DNA from: Octopus sinensis
Lineage: Eukaryota
Assembly (NCBI RefSeq): GCF_006345805.1
Contig: NC_043006.1
Location: 4,650,001-4,714,000, forward strand
DNA: 64,000 nucleotides
Direction of reading: 5' to 3'
Under the pieces are notes generated by a model. The model saw nothing but the letters and a program-made list of their open reading frames with translations. It did no database searches and was not told the DNA's origin. A program made the position numbers and the translations under genes. Each line of letters opens with the position of its first letter. Positions within the stretch are counted from its first letter, which is position 1. This document shows, piece by piece, positions 34,416-47,060 of the stretch.

Positions 34416-37400
34416 ATATGTTTGTGTGTTATTGTTTGTCCCCCCAACATCGCTTGACAACTGACGCTGGTGTGTGTATGTCGCTGTAACTTACCAGTTC
34501 GGCAAAAGAGAATGATAGAATAAGTACTAGGCTTACAAAGAATAAGTCCTGGGGTCGATTTGATCAACTAAAGGCAGTGATCCAGCATGGCCACAGTCAA
34601 ATGGCTGAAACAAGTAAAAGAGAGAGAGTAAAAAGAGTATATACACATGTACTCACCTGCCAAGTAAAAGGTCAACTTTATTTTTCACTTCAATCATATT
34701 TTCCACTTTCTGAGGGTTGATCATGCCTTTTAGAGTGTTGTAAACATTCACAGACTGAGCCTTGGTGTCTTCATGACTGATATCTCTCACATGGACTACT
34801 ACATCCTAAATAATAATAATGATTTGAAATTCAAAATAGTCACAGAGAAATAATTCAAAAGTTTGCTGAATAGAAGAAACAAACACATTGATCCATTTTA
34901 ACACTCTCCGATTTTGAGCTATTGAAAGTTCTGGTGCTGTGAGTACGGTGAAGCTTCAGGTCTATGCAAATCTTCTTAAGAAAATGACACATCATCATCA
35001 TCATCATCGTTTAATGTCCGTTTTGCATGCTAGCATGGGTTGGACGGTTCAACCGGGGTCTGGGAAGCCAGAATGCTGCACCAGGCTCCAGTCTGATCTG
35101 GCAGAGTTTCTACAGCTGGATGCCCTTCCTAATGCCAACCACTCCGTGAGTGTAGTGGGTGCTTTTTACGTGCCACTGGCACAGGTGCCAGGGGAGGCGG
35201 GCAGCGGCCACGATCGGTTGATGCTTTTTACGTGCCACTGGAATAGAAGCCAGTCAAGGCGGCGCTGGCATCGGCCGCGTTCGGATGGTGTTTTTTACGT
35301 GCCACTGGCACAGGTATCACAACTACAATTTCCATTTGATATTTATTTTGATGTTGATGTATTTGACTGAATAGGTCTCCTCAAGCACAGCAGGTAACCC
35401 TATGATCCAAGGTAAGCACAGCAGGTCGTTCTACAATCCAAGGTACTTTGGATGGGTTGGGGTTGCTATGCGAAACTGGTGCAGGAAGCAGCGATGAACT
35501 CACATTATTTCCACTTATTGGAAAAGTGATTTCCGAAAAAGCATCTCAGTGAAAAGGTTGAAAACTTGGATCACCAAAAACCATGAAGGAACCGAGATGC
35601 AGAAGCTAATATTTTCTGGGGAAATATTTATAAAAGAACAGTTTGAAACGAACGCAAAAGAAGCAACAAATGAAATGCAAATGTCAAACTTACTGCAATA
35701 ATTGCATCTTCGAGTGTTGCAGCAAATGCTTCTATGAGTGTGGTTGGGATATTTGAAATAAATCCAACAGTATCGATATAAATGACTGTCATGTGATTTG
35801 GTAGGACACCAGCATGGGCTGTCACATCTAGAGTCGCAAACAGCTGGTCAACAGGCTGGAGCTTTGCATCAGCAGTAAGGGCTTTGATTATTGATGTTTT
35901 ACCTGTGATAAAAAGGTATGTAAATTACCAATTTAATGGAGAAGATGCAGAACCTAGTAAAATTTCAGTTAGTTAAAGGAGGCACAAAATCCCCAATATC
36001 GCATGAGATGTGGCTTTTTCTCAAAATGAGAGAAGAGCTCTACAATTGATGATTGCAATATATTCACTAAATATGAAGTGGGAGATTGACAAAGAAGCAA
36101 GTCATGAAAATGTTAGACAGATAACAGAATTGATAGTTTCTTCTATTTAATAACTGCTACCTTCAATGGTAATAGAAAGAGATGAAGCATGTTGTGAGGT
36201 GAGGTCTGTAGATTGAGTATAAATCAGCAGAGAATGGAGAGAACTGAATCACTGTTCAATGTTAGTTTGTATGAAAAGTAATGATAATAATAATAATAAT
36301 AATAATGAAATTATTGTATAAAGTGCTCAGGTGCACCACAACTTGTCAAAAGTGCATATAAAGCATATGCAGTAATGTACAAATGTCTGGAAGCGAACAG
36401 TGTATGAGTCAGATACATGCTTGCGTGTGTATGGAGGGGAGAAAATCAGGTGTAGTGTTGGCGAATCTCAGGAAGCATGGAAGTTTTGAAGGATGCTGTG
36501 CTCCGACAACTAACAACTGATGCCGGCAGTTTGTTCCATGCTTCAGCAACTCTTAGCATGAAAAACTGTTTCCGAAAGTTATGGGAGCTGTGCTGTTTTC
36601 TGACTTTGTAAACATGTCCACAGGTGTTAGACGGGTGGAGTTTGAAAAGGTGCTCAGAGTTATTGTTTGTAAGATGGTTAATAATTTTATGGGTGTCTGC
36701 CAAGTCATTTGCCAGACATCGGAGTTTCAATGTATCCATGCCCAGGGAAGTAAGGCGTTCAGAATATGGCAAATTCTGTAGAGTGTAAATAAGCTGCAAG
36801 AATGTCTGGGTAAAGGCATCAGCTGATTTATACAGGAAAGATGATTGTGTTGGTGTAGTGTATACTGACAATGAATGGAATCCATGGTACAGAAAGACTG
36901 AAGACATGGAGAATAATCAAAGCTCTCAGGATATTGGCTCTTACAAACAGAAGCACAAGGAATAAGGGAAAAGCTGCACTAATGTTTATGATGGTGACTA
37001 TATAAGTTTGGATAGAGTATATATGTTCATGATTCAGAGTCTTGTGTTAGCTACCATTTTGGTTCTTCACTAAATCCATGAAAACAATCATGGATTAGTT
37101 TAAAATTATGAACTTAGAACTAGAATATGCCACCCTCATCTTTCTAGTTCTTGCCTCTCATTTTGTAATGTTGAATGTAAGACAGAAGCTAATAAAAAAG
37201 TTGTCATTGAAAATATCATCTCAACAGGTTTTGATTATGTTTCCAACAAATATACACACAAACATCATCATCATCATCGTTTAGCATCCGCCTTCCATGC
37301 TAGCATGGGTTGGACGGTTCAACTGGGGTCTGGGAAGCCAGAAGGCTGCACCAGGCCCAGTTTGATCTGGCAATGTTTCTACGGCTGGATGCCCTTCCTA

Positions 37401-40400
37401 ACACCAACCACTCCACTCCATGAGTGTAGTTGGTGCTTTTTACGTGCCAAACGAGTCTGGCAAACGGCCACGATCGGATGGTGCTTTTTATGTGCCACCG
37501 GCACGGGGGCCAAGCGAGGCTGGCAATGGCCACGAACGGATGGTGCTTTTCGTGGCCGTTGCCAGCCTTGCCTATATACATATATTGATAAATGTATTCA
37601 GTGCATATGTTATTTTGGAGTTGAAATGATATATTGTTACAGATGTATCCGCAGTTTTGTTTTAATATACACATCTAATTAAAATTAATCTAGAAGGAAA
37701 GTCTGCCTAATGTGGACCCAGCAAATGGACCAGCTATTTGAATTGAGAGTAGCATGGGTATGAAGACAGGGAAAGCCCCCAGCCTGTCAGGAATCACCAG
37801 TGAGATGCTTAAAATATCTGGCAGAGTGGGATATGGCCTAGTCACATGTATAGTTAATTAGGCTGTCCATGAGGGAGTCATACCCAACAACAGGTGTACC
37901 ACCATTGTAGCCTACTGCTACAAAGGTGATGCCTTAGGTTTAATTACAGAGGTATCAAATTGCTGGACCAGGTGATAAACATTACAGAAATTATTTGTTT
38001 GCCAAGTCCTGAAAACATTATGGCTTTGCATTTCTCCCTAAGAGTAAATAATTAATTATCACTTCAATAATAATCATTTCTTAATTATTTATTCCCCATT
38101 ACTTTAATAATCATCATCATCATCATCATCGTTTAACGTCCGCTTTCCATGCTAGCATGGGTTGGACGGTTCGACCGGGGATCTGGCAAGCCCGAAGGCT
38201 GCACCAGGCCAGTCAGATCTGGCAGTGTTTCTACAGCTGGATGCCCTTCCTAACGCCAACCACTCCGAGAGTGTAGTGGGTGATTTTATGTGCCACTGAC
38301 ACAGGTGCCAGACGGCCACGCTCGGATGGTGTTTTTTATGTGCCACCGACACAGGTGCCAGACGAGGCAATAAATAATAAATAATAATAATAATAATAAT
38401 AAAGTGAATATTAGGATAGAAATAATTGAAATGTTTCCTTTACAAGGAATCTTTGAAAATGAAGTCTAAGATGTAATATCATAATGTTGTTTGACAGAAA
38501 ACTTTAAGTAGAATAGAAAAGGGGCCACCCCTACCTGCATTTGTGTAACCAACCACTGCAACAATAGGGATTTGTTTCTTCAAACGATTCTGGCGCACAA
38601 TCTCTCTTTGTTTTCGAACTTTTTTCAAAGCCTTTTTAAGTTTCAATTCCCAGTCCTTTAAATAAAGCATATGACTTTTTAAAAGCATTCCACATACAAG
38701 AAAAAATCTTATACTTGTTTAGAGAATGATTCAACAGAAAAGCATGGAACTTTGGGTCAAAAGATGATGTTTTTATGAAATGTAGAATTATTATTTTTTG
38801 ATTCAATTATACACTACTTTCACTGTGTTTGAAGTTGATGGTTTCAAAGAAGCATCTTTTATGCATATTATTCCAAGAATGTTTTTATGGTTATAAGTTC
38901 ATGCTTTTGTTAATTCCTTCAAACTTATAAAATTTTAAAAACTGGCATGTAAAAAACTCCATTTTCAAGCATGGCCGTTGCCAGTACCGCCCGACTGGCC
39001 CTCGTGCCGATGGCACTTTAAAAGCAACCAATACACTCTCAGAGTGGTTGGCGTTAGGAAGGGCATCCAGCTGTAGAAACACTGACAGATCAGATTGGAG
39101 CCTGGTGCAGCCATCTCGTTCGCCAGTCCTCAGTCAAAATCGTCCAACCCATGCTAGCATGGAAAGTGGACGTTAAACGATGATGACGATGAGTTCTACT
39201 CTGCTAAGAACTTTACTACATTACCTCTTTATCCACTTACTGTGAAAAGTAGTCTGCAAAATATCTGGTGTTGATGTAGTGGTCTTCTCCAAAACATATG
39301 ACTTCACACCATAACATTAACCCCACCTTAATTTGAAGAAGGGCTGAGCACTGAAACCATTTACTGTATAAATGAAATTAAAGACAATAATTACCTGTAA
39401 ATATTTATACCGTTGTTCTAGGTACATTGGAGTTGTCCCACCAGTGTGTTTTGTACCCCCTGCAGTTATACTTAAACTCCCACCATGGACAGAAGGAAGA
39501 CGTGACCTATAAGGTAGAAAAGAGATACAATTAGGCTTTTCTAAGAGTTTTCTAAACAACACAATTATTACTACAATGATTTCTAATTGAGGGATGTGGC
39601 TACTAAATTGTGAAAGAGGTGTCAATTTAATTGACCTAACTACTTATTTCTTTACTGCCCACAAGGGGCTACACACAGAGGGGACAGACAAATGGATTAA
39701 GTTGACTACATCGACCCCAGTGCATAACTGGTACTTAATTTATCGACCCCCGAAAGGATGAAAGGCAAAGTCAACCTCAGTGGAATTTGAACTCAGAACG
39801 TAGCGGCAGGCGAAATACTGCTAAGCATTTCGCCCGGCGTGCTAACGTTTCTGCCAGTTCGCTTTCTGCCTAACTACTTGACCACTGCTTGTTTTATTGA
39901 CCCTGGCAGAAGAAAGGCAAACTTGAGCCTGGTTGGATTTTAACTAACAATAACAACACAAATGAAAGTAGAAAATCACATGTAAAAAACCCCAGAAAAT
40001 TGAAGATACAAAGCAGAAAATCAAAGAACTGTTTGGAAACTCTTCCATGATTAAAGTTCAGAAGAGTGCCAAGGAAGCAACCATATTCAGTGAAAAATAT
40101 TTCAATAGATTTATCAGCACAAATCTATTCTACAAAAAGATATGGTGCAGTTTCTTTAAAGTACCCCAAAAACAGAAGGTGGAAAGATAATTTCTAACAC
40201 TGGCACAAGTGAAATATTTACAGGGTAAATGAAATCAACTGGTAGGATTTGAATGTAATGAAAACAGTCACCTTCTAAATAATGAAGATTTATTTTGATA
40301 AAGCTCAAGATTTGAAGAAACACCAAGAACGGTATCTAGCTCTAGAATAAACATTGAGTTTCTTCAGTAAGACATTCGTTTTTTCAAGGGATATATAGTT

Positions 40401-43400
40401 GATTGACTTACTATCAATATATTACTAGTACCTATTTTATCAATCTACAAGCAGGTGAAAGTAAAATGATTAAAATATCTAGAAAAGTCTTTGACTGGCC
40501 GGTGGCATGTAAAAGCACCCACTACACTCTGGGAGTGGTTGGCATTAGGAAGGGCATCAAGCTGTAGAAACATTGCCAGATCAAGATTGGAGCCTAATGC
40601 AGCCATCTGGTTGCCAGCCCTCAGTCATATGTCCAACCCATGCTAGCATGGAAAGCGGACATTAAACGACGATGATGATGATGATGAAATCATTTAATAG
40701 AGAACAAATGAAAGTTTGTTGGTTTAGAAAACTGAGCTAATTCTAGATTTGCCAGTCAACGGCACAATTACATTAGAGTAGCACCAATATTTAAGATTGG
40801 AAACATCCAGACTAAATGCTTAGCTAGACTTAAGCCGATAAATTCCACAAATATAATTTACGCAGAATGCAAAACAAAAATATTAAGCAGTGCCGGGGGA
40901 CAAACACAGACACATGACAGGCATCTTTCAGTTACTATCTGCCAAATCCACTGCCAAGTTTGGTTAGTTTGAGGCTATAGCAGAAAAATATTACCTGATA
41001 TATGGAATTTCGGCCAAAGCTACTTGTAGCTTAACTTCTTTCGTTTTAGCATATTCCTTGAAGATTTGTAACACAATGTTGTATCTAAAAAGCAAAACAG
41101 ATACGGAAGAGATTTAAACGTAAAGTTATTTATAGAAGTCTTTGAACTAAAAGTATAAATATCTATTCCAGCCAGTGTTGTCTCTTGTATTCTCTTACTG
41201 GTTTCAATAGACTGTGGCTATGCTGGGGCAGTACTTTTAAGGACATTGGGGGACTTTGTTGCAACAATTTTCTGAAAAAATTAAGATATTGCAAAAATAA
41301 AATTCAAATAATGATGATTCCTGGGGTTGTCAGTGATAAAGTCACAATGTGACCCAAGTACTTATTTTACCAATTATTAAGTGGTTGGCATTGGGAAGGG
41401 CATCCAGCCATAAGAACCATGTCAAAACAGATCTCACCAGTGCTAGTGCCATCTAAAAAGCAGCCAATCTTCTCTGTAAGGTGGGTGGCATTAGGAAGGG
41501 TTTCCCAAAAGACAGTAAAGCCTGCTGCAGTTCTCTGGCTTTCCAGCTTCTGTCAAAGTGTCCAACCCATGCCAGCATAGAAAACAGACATTAAATGATG
41601 ATGATGATGATTGGTTAAGTTATGGGGCAGACATGGACACAACATAAACACAATACCTTTTTTTAAAATAAACACAGTCTTGCACAGACACAACTAACAT
41701 AGAAGATGATAAAATGTAATATCATCCACAAGACTCAAATGCTTTGTCTGCTGTGAACTGTAGAGCTGTGATAACCTCTTCACCAGAGCAACATCACAAC
41801 TTTGACCATTCAAATTAGGCAGCTATAGCTAAATACACACAGGAGGCTGTAGTACAAGTCACTTGCCCAAGATTTCATGCAGCAGTATTGAACCCTGAGG
41901 TGGTGAGCTGGCAGAATCGTTATCACGCCGGGCGAAATACTTAGCGGTATTTCATCTGTCGTTACGTTCTGACTTCAAATTCCGCCGAGGTCGACTTTGC
42001 CTTTCATCCTTTCAGGGTTGATAAATGAAGTACCAGTCATTTACTGGAGTTGATCTAATTGACTTAATCTGTTTGTCTGTCCTTGTTTGTCCCCTCTATG
42101 TTTAGCCCCTTGAGGGCAATAAAGAAACAAGAAAAGAGAGTTTAATTATCATGGAGAAACAAATTTAAATGTTGATATTGAATTTTGGCACAAGGCCAGC
42201 AATTTCAGAAGTGAGCGTAAGTCAATAACATTGACCTGTGTTTAAATGGTATTTATTTTATTGACACTGAAAGGATGAAAGCAAAGCTGACCCCAGTGAC
42301 ATTTGAACCCAGAATGTAAAGATGGATGGAATGCTGCTAAGCATTTGGCTTGGTGTGCTAATATGCCAGCTGACCACCTTAACGAATCTAAATATGAATA
42401 AAGAGAGTAAAACAGTATATCTTGATTACCTGTCATACACTGGAATTTTCCACACATTCTGAAGGTAAGTCCATTGGATGGTATTTAACATGTTTAAACT
42501 AATAAAAATGGCTGTAACAGCAGGACAATTCTGAATTTCACTGGTGAGAGAAGCGAAATTGCCTTTACCAAAAACTGGTTTGGAATCGGGGCTCTTTGTT
42601 GCTACAATTTTCTGAAAAAGCCAAGATATTGCAAAAGCGAAGTTCAAATAATGACGATTCCCAAGTTCTCAAACAATAAAGTCACAAGGAATGATAACCA
42701 GAACCAGAAGCTAGTGAAGAGCTAGATTTTAAAAGTTCAAAGTTGTCTTAGTCAAATTAGAAGCAGAAAAGAGAAGGTCTGTCCAGCCTTTTATATTAAG
42801 AGGATGATGAGTATAATCATCATCATCGTTTAATGTCCGTTTTCCGCACTAGCATGGGTTGGACGGTTTGACTGGGGTCTGGGAAGCCAGGAAGCTGCAC
42901 CAGGCTCCAGTCTGATCTGGCAGTATTTCTACAGCTGGATGGCCTTCCTAACGCCAACCACTCCGTGAGTGTAGTGGTTGCTTTTTACATGCTAGGGGAG
43001 GCTGGCAGTGGCCACGATTGGTTGGTGCTTTTTATGTGCCACCAGCACGGAAGCATCAACAATCACTGTTTATAATCTATAATCTCTGCATGGTATTGCT
43101 AAATTGTGAAGAGATTTCAAAAGAGCGAATCTTTTTAAAGTGATTATTGGTTGAGTTGTTAGAGTGTTAGACAGAATGCTTTACAGTACCTTTTTTGACT
43201 CTTTGCACTCTGAGTTCAAATCCCACCAAGGTCAACTTTGTCTTTCATCTTTTCAGGGTTGAGAAAAAAAAGGTACCACCCCTGGCAGTGGGTTGACAGA
43301 ACAGTAAGAATATCAGACTAGATGCCTTGCAGTATTTCTTATTTCTCTATTGCCCTCAAGGAGTTAAACATAGAGGGGACAGACAAGAAGAGACAAAGGG

Positions 43401-45098
43401 ATTAAGTCGATTACATCGACCCAGTGCATAACTGGTACTTAATTTATTGACCCCGAAGGGATGAAAGGCAAAGTTGACCTTGGCGGAATTTGAGCTCAGA
43501 ACGTAATGGCAGACGAAATACCTATTTCTTTACTACCCACAAGGGGCTAAACATAGTGGGGACAAACGGACTAAGTCAATTACATCGACCCCAGTGTGTA
43601 ACTGGTACTTAATTTATCGACCCCGAAAGGATAAAAGGCAAAGTCGACCTCGGCGGAATTTGAACTCAGAACTTAACAGCAGACGAAATACTGCTAAGCA
43701 TTTCGCCCGGTGTGCTAATGTTTCTGCCAGCTCGTCACCTTGCAGTATTTCTTCTGGGTCTTTGCAACCTGAGATCAAATCCTGTCATGCCCTACTTAGG
43801 TGGTGAACCTAGTTGAAGAACCCCATCTGGCACCTTTAGTACCTTTAGCAGAGTCCATTCTGTTGCAAGCATTCAGACCAAGTTTTCAGTCTGAGGTTAC
43901 TTTCTTTCCTTCCAACAGCCTTTTGAGGCCCTATAAAAGGTCACGGACACTGCCTTCCCTCCTAGCTAAAAGACTAAAGATAAAATTCTCAATATGCAAA
44001 AGCCTTACCTTTCCAACAACCTTCCAGTTAGGCAGTGTCTCAACGAGAGCAACAGATTCTTCCAGTTGACTTCTTATAGAACTTAGGGACCTTTGTGGCC
44101 CCCTTTTAACATCTGAAATGAAATCAATTAATGGCTTAATGGCTAATCAAACATTATTCTATAGTAAGCATGTAGTTATGATATACCATAAATCCTCGAG
44201 TATAATCCGCATTTTTCCCCCAAAATTTAAAGGTCAAAATCCCTAGTGCGTACTATATACGAGGTTAAAAATGAAAAATATCTTCTAAGCAATGTCCTAG
44301 TCTCTATTTGCTGTCCGGCAATGTTTATTCAGATGCATTTTGTGATGTCGGGCGCGAAAATACCTTAAGCTAAGCCTGAAAGCAATGAAGTCTTAAAAGA
44401 ATCATCCATAACTTGCAGTAAGCAACATTCATTAAACGTTATTACTGTTATTTCTTTATTTTCTGCAAACAAAATGCACAAAAAAGCTACACGTTTGCAT
44501 TATGTTATATATACAATAATAATAAAGGACGTTATTGTATACATTTTTACTAACCAAGGACGTTATATAGAACTCCTTGACTCAAGTTAGAGAAGGGGTG
44601 CGTATTATACACAAGGTTTAGGTTTTTCAGAGGTACAGCTCCCCTAAAAATCTCCTGCGTATTATACTCAAGGGCAGACTATACTCGAGGATTTACGGTA
44701 TATTTTTTATTTTAATTGTTTCAGTCATTAAACTGCAGCCATGCTGAGAAACTGCCTTAAAGAATTTTGTAGTCGAATGAATTGACCCCAGGACTTATTT
44801 TTTCTTAAAGCCTTTATGTCTGAAGTTGGCCAGCTGGCAGAATCATTAGCCTGCCGGGCAAAATACTTGAGCGGTATTTCATCTGTTCAAATGCTGCTGG
44901 GGTCAACTTGGCCTTTCATCCTTTATAGGCACAGGAGTGGCTGTGTGGTAAGTAGTTTGCTTACGAACCACATGTTTTCGGGTTCAGTTCCACTGCGTGG
45001 CACCTTGGGGTAGTGTCTTCTGCTATAGCCTCGGGCCGACCAAAGCTATGTGAGTGGATTTGGTAGATGGAAACTGAAAGAAGCCCGTCATGTATATG

Positions 45099-45135
<37 letters not shown>

Positions 45136-46904
45136 ATGTGTCTGCGTTTGTCCCCCCAACATCGCTTGACAACCGATGCTAGTGTGTTTACATCCCTGTA
45201 ACTTAGCAGTTTGGCAAAAGAGACCGATCGAATAAGTACTAGGCTTACAAAGAATAAGTCCTGGGGTCGATTTGCTCCGCTAAAGGTGGTGCTCCAGCAT
45301 GGCCACAGTCAAATAACTGAAACAAGTAAAAGAGTAACCATTAGTTTTCGGTGGTGAGGGACAATCATATGCACAAAGACACACACACACACACAATGGG
45401 CTTCTTTCAGTTTCCATCTACCAAATTCGCTCACAAGGCTTTGGCTGACCTGAGGCTATAGTAGAAGACACTGGTTCAAGGTGCCATGCAGTGGGACTGA
45501 ACCCAGAACAACGTGGTTGGGAAACAAACTTAGAAAACCTGCATCTCTGATTAAATCAACTTACTTGGTTGTATAAGAAATACCCTTTGTCCAGTTTCAG
45601 GGATGCTGAAGTATTCTCGGACATATTCCTGATACTTTTCGTCACGACGCAATAATTCTTCAATGTCTTCTGAAAAATAAGAGAAACCTGATTTATTTCG
45701 TGTTGTTAAGAGTATCTTGTTAATAATTTATTTCTTTATTGCCCACAGGGGGTTAAACATAGAGGGGACAAACAAGGGCAGACAAAGGGATTAAGTCGAT
45801 TACATCGACCCCAGTGCGTAACTGGTACTTAATTTATCGACCTTGAAAGGATGAAAGAAAAAGTCGACCTCGGCGTGATTTGAACCCTGAAAGAAACGCT
45901 AGACGAAATACCTATTTCTTTACTACTCACAAGGGGCTAAACATAGAGGGGACAAACAAGGACGGATAAACGGATTAAGTCGATTATATCGACCCCAGTA
46001 CACAACTGGTACTTAATTTGTCGACTTTGGCGGAATTTGAACTCACAACGTAACGGCAGACGAAACACCGCTAGGCATTTCGCCTGGCGTGCTAACGATT
46101 CTGCCAGCACGCCGCCCTAATGTTTATATTTTGTAAACTCGTTGAGCAAAATACGAATTCTATAAATTTCTGAAACACTAAAAGAATTATCTCCCATCGC
46201 ACGAATTACTTTTTGGGGTTCATAAAAATTTAATAATGCTAAAAGAAGAAAAAAAAAAAGATATCAACAAATAGCTATGCTTAGCAAGAGAAAGGAATAA
46301 GAATATAATTAGGAACAAATCAACTAATTGGATTCCAAAACAGCAGAGTAAACTAATCTAACAAGTTATTATGTACTTGTTGTCAAGTCCAGGGTTAACC
46401 TGATCGAAGAAGGTCTTCCGGCAAAGACATACTCTTGACTTTTGTATGTCTGGGACTAGATATACAAGTAGTACCAATAAAGTTTATACAAACGAAGAAC
46501 AGTGCAATATTTTGATTCAGAAAAAACTTCTGAAAGAAACTAGCGTAGAATAATGGCAATGATTATAATTTCGAGGCTGTTTTAACAACTGTGTATTCGT
46601 ATGAAGGATTAAAACATCGGTGTACGGAAACAAAACAAGATTTAAGCCGTTCTTTCATTCCTCTTTCATTCACAAATGGAAATACATAATAGATATTACC
46701 GTCCGGATGACCTTCTAGAATTTCTTCTCGGTAACTGTTTGTACAAAAAAGACGATTCCATTTTAATGTTGAGCCAAGTCTGCTCACAAAAGCCGGCAAC
46801 TGAGAAGTTCTGTTACATTTTCTCAGGAGTGTATTTAGTTGTGAGTATTGTCTTCGTAAACAATGGCTGTAGAGGAAATCCGGTCTCAGAGCCACCTTAA
46901 ACAT
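29680..46904 (-). CDS. GTPBP6: GTPBP6, HflX-family (probably mitochondrial) GTPase, complete 11-exon CDS, 534 aa
   Basis: Exons (- strand) 46904-46700, 45669-45565, 44112-44009, 42611-42430, 41084-40995, 39506-39395, 38655-38535, 35902-35694, 34805-34657, 33104-32943, 29845-29680 sum to 1605 nt with consistent phases. Motifs: FGKGNF, LQVALAEIP, G1 GYTNAGKT, G2 DQLFATLD, G3 DTVG, HVRDISH, G4 NKVD. The basic Arg/Ser/Leu-rich N-terminus resembles a mitochondrial presequence (inference). Confidence 0.94.
29950..30365 (-). mobile_element. SINE-B
   Basis: same consensus. Confidence 0.88.
30603..30990 (+). mobile_element. SINE-B
   Basis: same consensus, inverted relative to 29950-30365. Confidence 0.88.
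31130..31425 (-). mobile_element. tRNA-derived SINE-C (copies at 33683-33980 and partial at 63320-63432)
   Basis: Reverse strand ggaggcacaatggcccagtggttagggcagcagactc...ggtttcgattcccagacc tRNA-like head; three similar copies. Confidence 0.82.
31678..32053 (-). mobile_element. Non-autonomous Helitron
   Basis: Reverse strand A|TCtatatatataaa 5' end and cccgagtaatgccgggcgatactgCTAG|T 3' end. Confidence 0.82.
32557..32800 (+). mobile_element. tRNA-derived SINE-D with V-domain-like motif (degenerate relative at 32075-32400)
   Basis: A/B boxes tggcttagtggtta..ggtttcgattcc; CORE-like gtgttcttgagcaaaacactt; gcgatggactggcgtcccgtccag resembles the V-SINE domain as I recall it. Confidence 0.7.
32943..33104 (-). 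CDS. GTPBP6: GTPBP6 exon 10 (ENLESESKEKCIYTNASSGAGV...GSPLF)
   Basis: ttttag/gtaagt, phase 2-2; ORF 32939..33163. Confidence 0.88.
33138..33430 (-). mobile_element. RTE 3' UTR-only copy
   Basis: same block. Confidence 0.85.
34657..34805 (-). CDS. GTPBP6: GTPBP6 exon 9 (DVVVHVRDISH...NKVDLLLG)
   Basis: atttag/gtgagt, phase 0-2. Confidence 0.93.
34950..35440 (-). mobile_element. RTE 3' UTR-only copy
   Basis: same block. Confidence 0.85.
35694..35902 (-). CDS. GTPBP6: GTPBP6 exon 8 (KTSIIKALT...DQLFATLDVT...DTVGF...EDAIIA)
   Basis: tcacag/gtaagt, phase 1-0. Confidence 0.95.
36285..36830 (-). mobile_element. CR1-clade LINE 3' fragment, same family as 14190-14690 (tail fragments also at 5140-5300 and 47065-47107)
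   Basis: ORF 36446..36907; near-identical DNA to 14190-14640. Confidence 0.85.
37263..38370. mobile_element. Cluster: RTE 3' UTR copies (37263-37570, 38112-38370, - strand) and an RTE RT-region fragment (37755-37990, + strand)
   Basis: 37755-37990 matches the reverse complement of 23850-24070 (MKTGKAP...YKGDAL...[10 protein letters not shown]). Confidence 0.8.
38535..38655 (-). CDS. GTPBP6: GTPBP6 exon 7 (DWELKLKKAL...IPIVAVVGYTNA)
   Basis: ttaaag/gtaggg, phase 0-1; G1 motif split by the intron. Confidence 0.93.
38940..39190 (+). mobile_element. RTE 3' UTR-only copy (further short copies at 26218-26340, 32422-32515, 40493-40685, 42818-43050)
   Basis: same block. Confidence 0.8.
39395..39506 (-). 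CDS. GTPBP6: GTPBP6 exon 6 (SRLPSVHGG...EQRYKYLQ)
   Basis: ttatag/gtaatt, phase 2-0. Confidence 0.85.
39645..39862 (-). mobile_element. SINE-A (others at 41898-42130 +, 42170-42380 -, 47122-47343 -, 53525-53742 -, 57310-57660 -, 60507-60738 +, 62215-62395 +)
   Basis: same consensus. Confidence 0.85.
40995..41084 (-). CDS. GTPBP6: GTPBP6 exon 5 (YNIVLQIFKEYAKTKEVKLQVALAEIPYI)
   Basis: ttttag/gtaata, phase 2-2. Confidence 0.93.
41221..41350 (-). pseudogene. Degenerate duplicate of the GTPBP6 intron 3/exon 4 junction (pseudo-exon)
   Basis: 41247-41349 aligns by eye with 42587-42689; it retains tttcag followed by KIVATKSP. Confidence 0.8.
42430..42611 (-). CDS. GTPBP6: GTPBP6 exon 4 (KIVATKSPDSKPVFGKGNF...VYDR)
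   Basis: tttcag/gtaatc, phase 0-2; ORF 42426..42647. Confidence 0.93.
43333..43735 (-). mobile_element. SINE-A dimer
   Basis: two monomers joined at gacgaaatacc|tatttcttt (43522/43523). Confidence 0.85.
44009..44112 (-). CDS. GTPBP6: GTPBP6 exon 3 (NVKRGP...LEESVALVETLPNWKVVGK)
   Basis: tttcag/gtaagg, phase 1-0. Confidence 0.9.
44184..44700. mobile_element. pogo/Tigger-type MITE
   Basis: TA-flanked TIRs ccataaatcctcgagtata / tatactcgaggatttacgg; no ORF; subfamily is an inference. Confidence 0.75.
45565..45669 (-). CDS. GTPBP6: GTPBP6 exon 2 (EDIEELLRR...TGQRVFLIQP)
   Basis: tttcag/gtaagt; resembles GTPBP6 EELLRGEPLLPAGTQRVCLVHP. Confidence 0.9.
45730..46097 (-). mobile_element. SINE-A dimer (internally deleted)
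   Basis: same junction at 45912/45913. Confidence 0.85.
46700..46904 (-). CDS. GTPBP6: GTPBP6 exon 1 (MFKVALRPDFLYSHCLRRQ...GHPD)
   Basis: Within ORF 46563..46961; donor gtaata, phase 1 fits exon 2. The start codon choice is an inference because upstream in-frame ATGs exist. Confidence 0.75.
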
Positions 46905-47060
46905 GTGTTTGAATCTAATAAATCTACGGCAAGTGGTGCACGGTTGAAGTGTCATTATCAATTACGGCATAATTAGCAACATAAATGAATCAAGCGAGCA
47001 CTTTCTTCGCTAAAGAACCGGTGTAATCATGGGAGGCGACTCTCATGCGACCATTCCTGG
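46905..47060 (-). promoter_or_regulatory. Probable GTPBP6 5' UTR / proximal promoter
   Basis: unique sequence immediately upstream of the inferred ATG; no TSS data. Confidence 0.35.

Noticed and set aside
29680-46904. Bacterial hflX horizontal transfer or contamination
   Set aside because: Ten spliceosomal introns and collinearity with animal GTPBP6.
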